This document shows, piece by piece, positions 33,588 through 40,905 of a stretch of DNA of 64,000 nucleotides (the first letter of the stretch is position 1; each line of letters opens with the position of its first letter). The stretch comes from Patescibacteria group bacterium (lineage in GTDB: Bacteria > Patescibacteriota > Patescibacteriia > 2-12-FULL-60-25): NCBI GenBank assembly GCA_038061235.1, contig JBBTZS010000002.1, positions 4,672 to 68,671 of the forward strand. The letters run 5' to 3'. Made by a program: the position numbers and the translations under genes. The notes below the pieces were generated by a model, which saw only the letters and a list, made by a program, of their open reading frames with translations, was not told where the DNA came from and searched no databases.

Positions 33588-35270
33588 ATGCCCTCCCCAA
33601 CGCCTCAAACTGTCCCCGACTTCGTTGCCCGTATTCGCACGACGTTTGGAATTGACGAGATTGAGAATCTACCGGAGGACGTGACGACCCTTCGCTACGT
33701 CCTATACGCCCGCAAGAGCACCGATAACTCGGCCAAGCAGGAACGATCCATCGGCGACCAAATCCACGAATGTAAGACATTGGCAGAGCGTGCAGGGCTT
33801 CACGTCGTGGCCGTTCTCCACGAAGAACACTCGGCCAAGCTCTCCGGCAAGAGGGACGTGTTTCATGCCATGCTGGCAAGCCTGTCCAGCGGCGAATATG
33901 ACGCCATCCTGACATGGGCTCCTGACCGTCTTGCCCGCAACATGAAAGACGCGGGGGAGGTGCTCGACCTACTCGATAAAAACGACATCAAGGACATCAA
34001 GTTCGCCAATGGGTACTACTTCCAAAATGACGGCGCGGGCAAGATGATGCTCGGCATCGCCTTCGTGCAGGCTAAACAGTTCATAGACACCCACTCCCAG
34101 AACATCAAACGCGGCATCAGTCGCATCACGGCCGAGGGCAAGTGCTACGACCGTCCCAAACACGGCTACTACAAAGACAAGGACAAGTACCTCCGGCCTG
34201 ACGGGGAGAACTGGAACCTCATCAAAAAGGCCTTCGAGATGCGCCTGTCACGCGAACCGAAGTACGCTTTGCGGGAAATCGGGACATGGTTACAGGGGCA
34301 GGGCTACCCGCTCAAAACCAAGCACCCAGAACGTCACTCAATCGTCGTTGACGATAAGTTCTTGTCTGACCTATTCCGTGATCCTTTCTATGCCGGAGCC
34401 CTCATCTTCGGCAAGCGGATCGTAGACCTGACAAACAAGTACAACTTCCAACCTATCATCACGCCTGACGAGTTCGACATGCTCGCCAAAGAAGATGGCA
34501 TCAATAAGAAGTTCACGTTGTCCGAGGTCATCAAGCCCAAGGGCTCGGTCAAAGCTGACCTCATGCGTGGGATGGTCATTTGTGGCGGTTGCAATCGTCC
34601 CCGTTCCGCTGGCATCACCCCAAAGAAAACCAAAACGGGTACGACAAACTATTTTCTATACCGTTGCGACACGGTGGGGTGCAAATACAAAGGCAAATCC
34701 ATCCGCGCAAAGGAGGTGCTGGCCGCCGCCTACGCCTTCCTCGACAGCCACCCGATGAACTTTGAGAAGGGCTACGCGGCGTACAAGCGCGATATGGAGC
34801 ATCAAATCGGCGTGCGCGACGCGGAACTCCTATCAAAGCTCAAATCCCTTCATAAACAACACGAGGCGGCCAAGGAACGGGTGGACGAGGCCAAGGCATC
34901 GCTCAAACAATATGCGGACGACGCGGTGCTCGTAAAAGAGTTCAAGAAAGACTTGACGCAACAACTCGCAAAACAGCACGAACTCGAAAACGAAATACGC
35001 AAACTACAGAAAAAACGAGAGGACGGAAAAGAGGCGATCCAAAGCTACGAACAGTTCATCGAACTTTTCGGAAATCTGGCTCAACACATCAAAAAAATAA
35101 CCAACATGGACGACTTGGATTACATCATGAAAAAAGTCTTCATGAACTTTGTTATCGAGGGCAAGAAAGTCGCTCAAATAACACAAAACTCCCTGTTTAG
35201 GGAGTTGTGCGGTACACCGGAATCGGTGATGGTAGCCCCAAGGGGAGTCGAACCCCTCTTAACGGCTTGA
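33588..35270 (+). CDS. Large serine recombinase
   Basis: Resolvase catalytic domain (YARKSTD..SIGDQ, DRLARN), recombinase domain, a Cys cluster (CGGCN..C..C) and a C-terminal coiled coil. The last 41 nt overlap tRNA-Glu on the other strand. Confidence 0.88.
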   Translation: MPSPTPQTVPDFVARIRTTFGIDEIENLPEDVTTLRYVLYARKSTDNSAKQERSIGDQIHECKTLAERAGLHVVAVLHEEHSAKLSGKRDVFHAMLASLSSGEYDAILTWAPDRLARNMKDAGEVLDLLDKNDIKDIKFANGYYFQNDGAGKMMLGIAFVQAKQFIDTHSQNIKRGISRITAEGKCYDRPKHGYYKDKDKYLRPDGENWNLIKKAFEMRLSREPKYALREIGTWLQGQGYPLKTKHPERHSIVVDDKFLSDLFRDPFYAGALIFGKRIVDLTNKYNFQPIITPDEFDMLAKEDGINKKFTLSEVIKPKGSVKADLMRGMVICGGCNRPRSAGITPKKTKTGTTNYFLYRCDTVGCKYKGKSIRAKEVLAAAYAFLDSHPMNFEKGYAAYKRDMEHQIGVRDAELLSKLKSLHKQHEAAKERVDEAKASLKQYADDAVLVKEFKKDLTQQLAKQHELENEIRKLQKKREDGKEAIQSYEQFIELFGNLAQHIKKITNMDDLDYIMKKVFMNFVIEGKKVAQITQNSLFRELCGTPESVMVAPRGVEPLLTA

Positions 35271-35304
35271 AAAGCCGCTGTCCTAACCGATAGACGATGG
35301 GGCC
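35230..35304 (-). tRNA. tRNA-Glu(TTC)
   Basis: GGCCCCA/TGGGGCT acceptor (G1:U72), D arm GTCT-ATCGGTTA-GGAC, loop TTTTCAA, T arm AGGGG-TTCGACT-CCCCT, A73, CCA. Confidence 0.85.
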
Positions 35305-35377
35305 ATGGGAAGGATTTGCGTTGCCGAGTGTATTCAAAAAAGCCGCGTACGTCAAGGTCGCATGCTACACTTTGCCC

Positions 35378-36328
35378 ATGATAACGATCCTCACGCTCCT
35401 CGGATTGCTCGTTCTTTTTTATGCGCTCGGCCTTTCCGCGGACCTCGTCATCAAACATATCCGCAGCATCGGAAAAAAACTCGGCATTCCGGTGTTCGTA
35501 CTCGGTCTCATGCTCGGATTGCTTACCTCGCTTCCCGAGCTCGGCATCGGCATCAACGCTCTTGCACAAAACGTGCCGTCCGTTTCCGTAGGGAACCTGC
35601 TCGGAGGCGTGATTGTTTTGTTCTGTTTGATTCTTGGACTCGGCATCGTCCTGAACCGCGAAATCAAAACGGACGGGAAAACGGAAATCCTCTGGCCTAT
35701 CCTGGCCTACATGTCGCTCCCGTTGCTTTTTGGTTTGCGAGGATACATCGGATTCTGGACCGGGTTCGGGCTTCTGCTCCTCTATCCGGCCGTCTTGCTG
35801 TACGCCTATCTGTCGCACGGAGAAAAATCCGGTCATGCGTCGGACGGCAAACGCGTTCCGATCGTAAAAGAGCTGGCCTTTATCGTCCTCGGACTGATCG
35901 GCATCATCTTTCTTTCCAATCTTATCGTCCGCATGACGCTGCCCATTCTGACCACGCTTCGCGTACCGGGCTTTATTGTCGGATTGCTTGTCTATTCGAT
36001 CGGGACCAACTTGCCGGAACTCATCGTGACGATCAGGGCGTGGAAAAACCATGTACGGGAACTCTCCTTCGGCAACATCCTCGGCTCGGCGGCCGCCAAC
36101 GCGGCCCTGCTGGGCGCGTTTGCGATGACGCAAACCCTGCCGGTTACCGTCGACTTCTCCTATGTCGTCACCGTCCTCGTGATGCTCGTTATGTTCGGAC
36201 TCGTTTTACGATTTTATCGTACCGGTAAACGCTTCTCCCGCGTCGAGGGGCTTGTTCTCATCGCCTTATACGTCATATTCGTCCTGTTTCAACTTCCTAC
36301 GCTCTCTGCCTTTGCCGGAACACTTTAG
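35378..36328 (+). CDS. Ca2+/Na+ antiporter (CaCA family, YrbG-like)
   Basis: ORF 35297-36328; ATG at 35378. About 10 TM helices with two alpha-repeats (LTSLPELGIGINA, GTNLPELIVTI). Confidence 0.8.
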   Translation: MITILTLLGLLVLFYALGLSADLVIKHIRSIGKKLGIPVFVLGLMLGLLTSLPELGIGINALAQNVPSVSVGNLLGGVIVLFCLILGLGIVLNREIKTDGKTEILWPILAYMSLPLLFGLRGYIGFWTGFGLLLLYPAVLLYAYLSHGEKSGHASDGKRVPIVKELAFIVLGLIGIIFLSNLIVRMTLPILTTLRVPGFIVGLLVYSIGTNLPELIVTIRAWKNHVRELSFGNILGSAAANAALLGAFAMTQTLPVTVDFSYVVTVLVMLVMFGLVLRFYRTGKRFSRVEGLVLIALYVIFVLFQLPTLSAFAGTL

Positions 36329-36332
36329 CTCT

Positions 36333-38930
36333 ATGCAAACTCCCGTATCCGATACCCCTGTGCCGTTTTGGTCGCAACCGACCGAACGCGTCCTTTTCGA
36401 ATTGAAAAGCTCGTCGCAAGGACTCACGACTCCGGAAGCGGCCAAACGTCTTTCGCGGTACGGAAAAAATGAAATCGACGGACGTCGTCGGCTTGGAGCG
36501 CTTGTCATCCTTCTTTCGCAACTCAAAAGCCCCCTCATCATCATCCTGCTGGTCGGATGCGCGATCTCCCTTGTCCTGCGGGAGTGGGTGAACGCCGTCG
36601 TGATTCTTGCCACGGTCATCGTAAACACGGGTCTTGGTTTTTGGCAGGAAAATAAGGCTGAAACGGTTCTTGAAGAATTGAAGACCTACTTAAAAAGTCA
36701 CGTACGCGTTTTTCGCGACGGAGCGGGGCACAAGCGGGACGCGACGGAGCTCGTGCCGGGCGACGTGATCCATCTTTCGCAAGGCGATCGCGTACCGGCG
36801 GACGGGCGTATTCTGGAAGCGAATAGCTTAGATGTCGACGAATCCGTCCTTACAGGAGAATCGCTGCCTGTGCACAAAGATGGAAAAGCGGTGAAAGAAG
36901 ACGCGCCGCTCGGCGAGCGCGGCTCCATGGTCTGGAGCGGAACGCTGGCGGTGCAAGGGTTCGCGCAAATCGTCGTCACCGCCACGGGAAAAAACACCGA
37001 GTTCGGCCGCATCGCCGAAATGGTTTCCTCGCGCGAACGTGAGACAACGCCGCTCCAAAAAGCCGTGGCCTCGTTCGCCCGCGTCATCGCCGTCGTCGTG
37101 ATCGCCTTGTCGGGCCTCCTGTTTGGGATCGGCTTCGCGCTTGGCCAGGACCCCGCCGAGATGTTTTTTATTTCGATCGCGATCGCGGTATCGGCCGTAC
37201 CGGAAGGACTCCCCGTCGCGCTCACCGTCATTCTCGCGATCGGCGTGGAGCGCCTCGCGAGACAAAAAGGCATCGTCCGCAAATTGCTCGCGGCCGAAAC
37301 GTTGGGATCGACCAGCCTCATCCTGACGGATAAAACAGGCACCCTCACGCAGGCCGACATGCGTCTCGTTGACGTCGTTTCGTATGGGGCGGACACGGAA
37401 GAACGGGTGGCGGCCATGCTGCGTGAAGCCGTGTTGAACACGGATATCATCATAGAAAATCCGGAGGCGGATCCCGATGACTGGCAGATCATCGGACGCT
37501 CCATGGAATCGTCACTCGTGCGTGACGCGGGAAGGCGTGGCGTTCTCTTGCCAAGACTTCACAAAACGTATCGCATCGTTGATCGCGTGCCATTTGATTC
37601 AAAGAAGAAATATGGCGCCGTGCTCGCGGTCGACGGCGGCGAACAACGACTGATTCTCATGGGCGCACCGGAAATCCTGCTCGCGCTTACCGACGTCTCC
37701 GAGGAAGAACGCGAACGGATCGGCCGCGAAATGGAAGATCGGGCGTACGGCGGAGAACGTCTGCTCGGACTCGCGTCCGTCGCTTACCCCAAGGAAAAAA
37801 TCGATACGCGTAGTCGTTACATAAATCTCGAATTTAAAGGCTTCCTCGCCTTCCGTGATCCGGTGCGACCAAACGTGAAGGAAGCGATCAAGCGCATCAG
37901 CCAAGCGGGCGTAAAAACCGTGATCGTCACCGGCGATCACAAGGGAACAGCCGAACACGTGGCGCGCGAACTCGGCATTCTGGAAGGGCGCGGTCTCGTC
38001 GTGACCGGCTCGGAGCTTGCACAGATGGACGTCGCACGATTGCGTGAACGCCTGCCCGACATACGCATTTACGCGCGCGTCACGCCGGAGCAAAAGCTCA
38101 TGCTCACGCGGTTGTATCGCGAGCAGGGCGAGATCGTGGCCGTGACGGGCGACGGCGTAAACGACGCGCCGGCGCTTCAAGCCGCGGACGTGGGCGTCGC
38201 GGTCGGATCGGGAACCGAAGTCGCCAAAGGCGCGGCCGATCTCGTTATTCTCGACGATAACTTCAACACGATCGTCATCGCAATCGAGGAAGGTCGTCGC
38301 ATTCTCGACAATATCCGAAAAGTGTTCGTCTATCTGCTCTCAAACGCGGCGAACGAACTCGCGCTCATCGGCGGCGCGTTGCTGTTTCAAGTCCCGATCC
38401 CCATCACGGCACTGCAAATCCTCTATGTGAACTTCTTTTCCGACAGTCTTCCCGCTATCGCGCTCGCGTTTGAAGAAATCGGTGACTCGAAAAATCGTTC
38501 ACGCACCGTCGGCACCGCCACGATTCTCAATTCCCAAGTGCGCTTCTTCATTTTCGTGCTCGGTCTTGGAACCAGCTTCATGCTATTCGCGCTTTACTAT
38601 ATTCTTCTTGGCCAAGGACATGATCCGGCGCTTGTACGAACGCTTATCTTCGCGTCATTCGCAAGCTATACGCTCTTCGTTGCGTTTTCCCTGCGAAGCT
38701 TGAAGCACAGCATTCTGACATATAACCCGTTCGGCAACCGCTACTTAACGGCGGGTGTCGGCATCGGTCTGGTTCTGACCGCCGGAGCGATTTATCTCCC
38801 CTTTCTCCAAAAAATCCTAAGCACGGTTCCACTTCCGCTCCCTTGGCTCGGCGGCGTGCTCGTCGTCGGTCTCGTAAACGTCATCTTCGTCGAGGGCGCA
38901 AAGTGGATCTATCGAAAGCGAGAGGATTAA
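36333..38930 (+). CDS. Cation-transporting P-type ATPase (P2, Ca2+/Mg2+-type)
   Basis: ORF 36252-38930; ATG at 36333. Canonical TGES, DKTGTLT, TGDHKGTA and GDGVNDAPAL motifs. Confidence 0.9.
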   Translation: MQTPVSDTPVPFWSQPTERVLFELKSSSQGLTTPEAAKRLSRYGKNEIDGRRRLGALVILLSQLKSPLIIILLVGCAISLVLREWVNAVVILATVIVNTGLGFWQENKAETVLEELKTYLKSHVRVFRDGAGHKRDATELVPGDVIHLSQGDRVPADGRILEANSLDVDESVLTGESLPVHKDGKAVKEDAPLGERGSMVWSGTLAVQGFAQIVVTATGKNTEFGRIAEMVSSRERETTPLQKAVASFARVIAVVVIALSGLLFGIGFALGQDPAEMFFISIAIAVSAVPEGLPVALTVILAIGVERLARQKGIVRKLLAAETLGSTSLILTDKTGTLTQADMRLVDVVSYGADTEERVAAMLREAVLNTDIIIENPEADPDDWQIIGRSMESSLVRDAGRRGVLLPRLHKTYRIVDRVPFDSKKKYGAVLAVDGGEQRLILMGAPEILLALTDVSEEERERIGREMEDRAYGGERLLGLASVAYPKEKIDTRSRYINLEFKGFLAFRDPVRPNVKEAIKRISQAGVKTVIVTGDHKGTAEHVARELGILEGRGLVVTGSELAQMDVARLRERLPDIRIYARVTPEQKLMLTRLYREQGEIVAVTGDGVNDAPALQAADVGVAVGSGTEVAKGAADLVILDDNFNTIVIAIEEGRRILDNIRKVFVYLLSNAANELALIGGALLFQVPIPITALQILYVNFFSDSLPAIALAFEEIGDSKNRSRTVGTATILNSQVRFFIFVLGLGTSFMLFALYYILLGQGHDPALVRTLIFASFASYTLFVAFSLRSLKHSILTYNPFGNRYLTAGVGIGLVLTAGAIYLPFLQKILSTVPLPLPWLGGVLVVGLVNVIFVEGAKWIYRKRED

Positions 38931-39670
38931 GACCGTTTGGATTGCGCCTTCCTCCACTCCTCAATCTTTTTATGATTCCCCGAGAGAAGTACGTCGGGCA
39001 CATTCCAAACTTTTAACTTTTGCCTTTTGCCTTTTGACTTACCAAGAACATAATTTTCCGGTCTCGTATACTGCGGATATTCGAGTACGCCTGCGTCCGT
39101 ATGCGACTCGGCCGCAAGCGACTCCGCTTTGCCAAGGACGCCGGGAACCAGGCGCGCGACGGCATCCGTCATGACGAGTGCGGGGAGTTCGCCGCCCGTC
39201 AGAACGTACGGCCCGATGGACAGCTCCTCGTCGGCGAGATGTTTGGCGATGCGCTCGTCCATGCCCTCGTATCGCCCGCACAAAAAGACGAGGCGGTCGT
39301 ATTTCGAAAGTCGCTTTGCCTCCTGCTGTGTGAACGGTTTCCCTTTTGCGGATGTAACGATGACGCGCGCCTTTTTGGCAGCGGCCGTTTTCTTTCCGTC
39401 TTTCGTCCGGAGTTTGAGCGAGACGAGTGCTTCGTGAAACGGCGCGACTTTCATCACCATCCCGGGACCACCGCCAAACGGCTTGTCGTCCACAGTTTTA
39501 TGCGCGTCATGCGTCCAGCGGCGCAAGTCATGCACCTGGATTTGTAGGGGTACGGCGCGCCGTGCTCCTACCGAACGTTGCGCACGCCCCAAAATCGAAC
39601 CGCGTAAATACGGCTCCACCATTTCAGGAAAAATAGTGACGATATCGACGCGTAATGGTTTGCGTTTCAT
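38927..39670 (-). CDS. trmD: tRNA (guanine37-N1)-methyltransferase TrmD
   Basis: 247-aa ORF: IVTIFPEM, VDDKPFGGGPGMVM, CGRYEG.DER, LSIGPYVLTGGE motifs. Carries an in-frame palindrome insertion. Confidence 0.92.
   Translation of the reverse strand: MKRKPLRVDIVTIFPEMVEPYLRGSILGRAQRSVGARRAVPLQIQVHDLRRWTHDAHKTVDDKPFGGGPGMVMKVAPFHEALVSLKLRTKDGKKTAAAKKARVIVTSAKGKPFTQQEAKRLSKYDRLVFLCGRYEGMDERIAKHLADEELSIGPYVLTGGELPALVMTDAVARLVPGVLGKAESLAAESHTDAGVLEYPQYTRPENYVLGKSKGKRQKLKVWNVPDVLLSGNHKKIEEWRKAQSKRS
39544..39571. repeat. REP-like palindrome, copy 5, inside trmD
   Basis: GTAGGGGTACGGCGCGCCGTGCTCCTAC, translated on the minus strand as SVGARRAVPLQ. Confidence 0.8.
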
Positions 39671-39739
39671 GATCGTAAGGATGGCATGATGAGGCGTAAA
39701 TTAAAACCCCCGAACAGATCGAGGGTTTTAATGATGTGA

Positions 39740-40153
39740 CTAGATTCCCAGATCCGACAAATCGTCGTCCGAAACCAATCCTGAATCGCCATGGACCTTT
39801 ACGGTCGGGCGCGCTTCTCTTTCGGAAGATCCGCCCATGGTGGACTTCTTTTCCTGGTGCTGGCGGCGAAGCTCTTCCGGCTCGTAAATCACCATGCTGA
39901 CGCGGGCGTCTTCCTTGGCACCGACGATTTTGAGGAGAATACGGAGCGCGCGGGCGGTTTGGCCCTGACGACCGATGATGTACCCCATGTCTTCCGGGTT
40001 CACGTAGAGCGTGATCTTTACGCCGCGATCATCGATTTCGCGGGTGGTCTTCACGTCTTCCGGATGGTTGACGAGGGACTTCACGACGTACTCGAGAAAC
40101 GGCTGGTCTGTGTGCATGTCTGCCATATCGGCACGAACGGTGCCCGCCTGCAT
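39740..40153 (-). CDS. KH-domain RNA-binding protein (YlqC/UPF0109-like) with an acidic tail
   Basis: KH GXXG loop MGYIIGRQGQTARALRILL. Start probably at 40126 or 40117. Confidence 0.75.
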   Translation of the reverse strand: MQAGTVRADMADMHTDQPFLEYVVKSLVNHPEDVKTTREIDDRGVKITLYVNPEDMGYIIGRQGQTARALRILLKIVGAKEDARVSMVIYEPEELRRQHQEKKSTMGGSSEREARPTVKVHGDSGLVSDDDLSDLGI

Positions 40154-40265
40154 CCCGCTCAGCAGGACTTCGGCGGACGTTAGCTAAGTGTGAAATCGCC
40201 CCTAGGGGCTTAAGGAAAAGGATAGTCGCGAATCGCCTATCATGCAACGCTATAAGAAGCCCTTC

Positions 40266-40294
40266 TTGACGTTTTTCGCTAACTTCCGTAGGAT
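40266..40294 (+). promoter_or_regulatory. Sigma70-type promoter for rpsP
   Basis: TTGACG-17 nt-TAGGAT, followed by a leader of about 110 nt containing the CCTGCCGGCGGGCAGG hairpin and a heptamer array. Confidence 0.5.
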
Positions 40295-40378
40295 TCCGCC
40301 CATGCTCTACGAGCCTTCCTCTGGCGGGGACGGGTTCACGCCAGGCACATCTGGCACCTCGCCTGCCGGCGGGCAGGT

Positions 40379-40406
40379 CTGACATCTAACATCTGACATC
40401 ATTCAT
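40379..40406. repeat. Tandem heptanucleotide array CTGACAT/CTAACAT x4
   Basis: Immediately upstream of the rpsP ATG. Same unit family as 22570-22603. Confidence 0.8.
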
Positions 40407-40408
40407 CC

Positions 40409-40792
40409 ATGTTGATCATCCGTTTAACCCGCGTCGGGAAAAAGAAACAGCCGCAATATCGTTTTATCGTGTCGGAAAAAGCGCGCGACCCGTGGGGCAA
40501 GGCGCTCGAAATTCTTGGTACGTATGAACCGCGCCGCAAGCCGTCGGTCATCACGCTCAAAAAAGAACGCGTCGAATTCTGGATTCAGAAAGGCGCCCAA
40601 TGCTCGGACACGGTGTGGAATCTCTTCGTTGATCAGGGCCTCGTAAAGGGCGAGAAGCGAAAGCAAATCAAACTTTCGACTAAGCGCAAAGCGAAGCTCG
40701 GAAAGAAAGCGGAGGAAACCGCCGCCAAAGCCGCGGCCGCCGTTCCCGCTCCCGCTCCGGAGCCGGCTCCCGCGGAAGAACCCGCCGCATAA
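40409..40792 (+). CDS. rpsP: 30S ribosomal protein S16 with a Lys/Ala/Pro-rich C-terminal extension
   Basis: MLIIRLTRVGKKKQPQYRFIV..DPWGKALEILGTYEP is a canonical S16 N-terminus. Confidence 0.92.
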   Translation: MLIIRLTRVGKKKQPQYRFIVSEKARDPWGKALEILGTYEPRRKPSVITLKKERVEFWIQKGAQCSDTVWNLFVDQGLVKGEKRKQIKLSTKRKAKLGKKAEETAAKAAAAVPAPAPEPAPAEEPAA

Positions 40793-40807
40793 AAGAGGGG
40801 GCGATTA

Positions 40808-40905
40808 GAAAAGAGCAGAGAGCAAAGAGCAGTTCCAATCCGGAGCTGCTCTTTGCTCTCTGCTCTCTGTTCTTTGCTCTTTGTTTACTGCTCTCTGTTC
40901 TCTAC
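40808..40905. repeat. Composite AAGAGCA/TGCTCTT heptamer hairpin element, copy B
   Basis: AAAGAGCAGAGAGCAAAGAGCAG-13 nt loop-CTGCTCTTTGCTCTCTGCTC plus a ..CTTTGTTTACTGCTCTCTG tail. The loop is the reverse complement of the copy A loop. Confidence 0.85.

Larger units (their letters stand above)
30634..35229. mobile_element. Lower-GC integrated element with a large serine recombinase, bounded by the cdd terminator and tRNA-Glu
   Basis: Visibly AT-richer block containing a Bro-N remnant, small ORFs, an HTH protein, a thermonuclease, an excisionase-type HTH and a serine recombinase whose 3' end runs into tRNA-Glu. Boundaries are inferred. Confidence 0.6.

Noticed and set aside
35174-36228. ORFs 35174-36133(-) and 35305-36228(+) overlapping the CaCA antiporter gene.
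   Set aside because: They are Arg/Asp-rich off-frame translations. The 35378-36328 frame gives a coherent multi-TM antiporter with alpha-repeat motifs.
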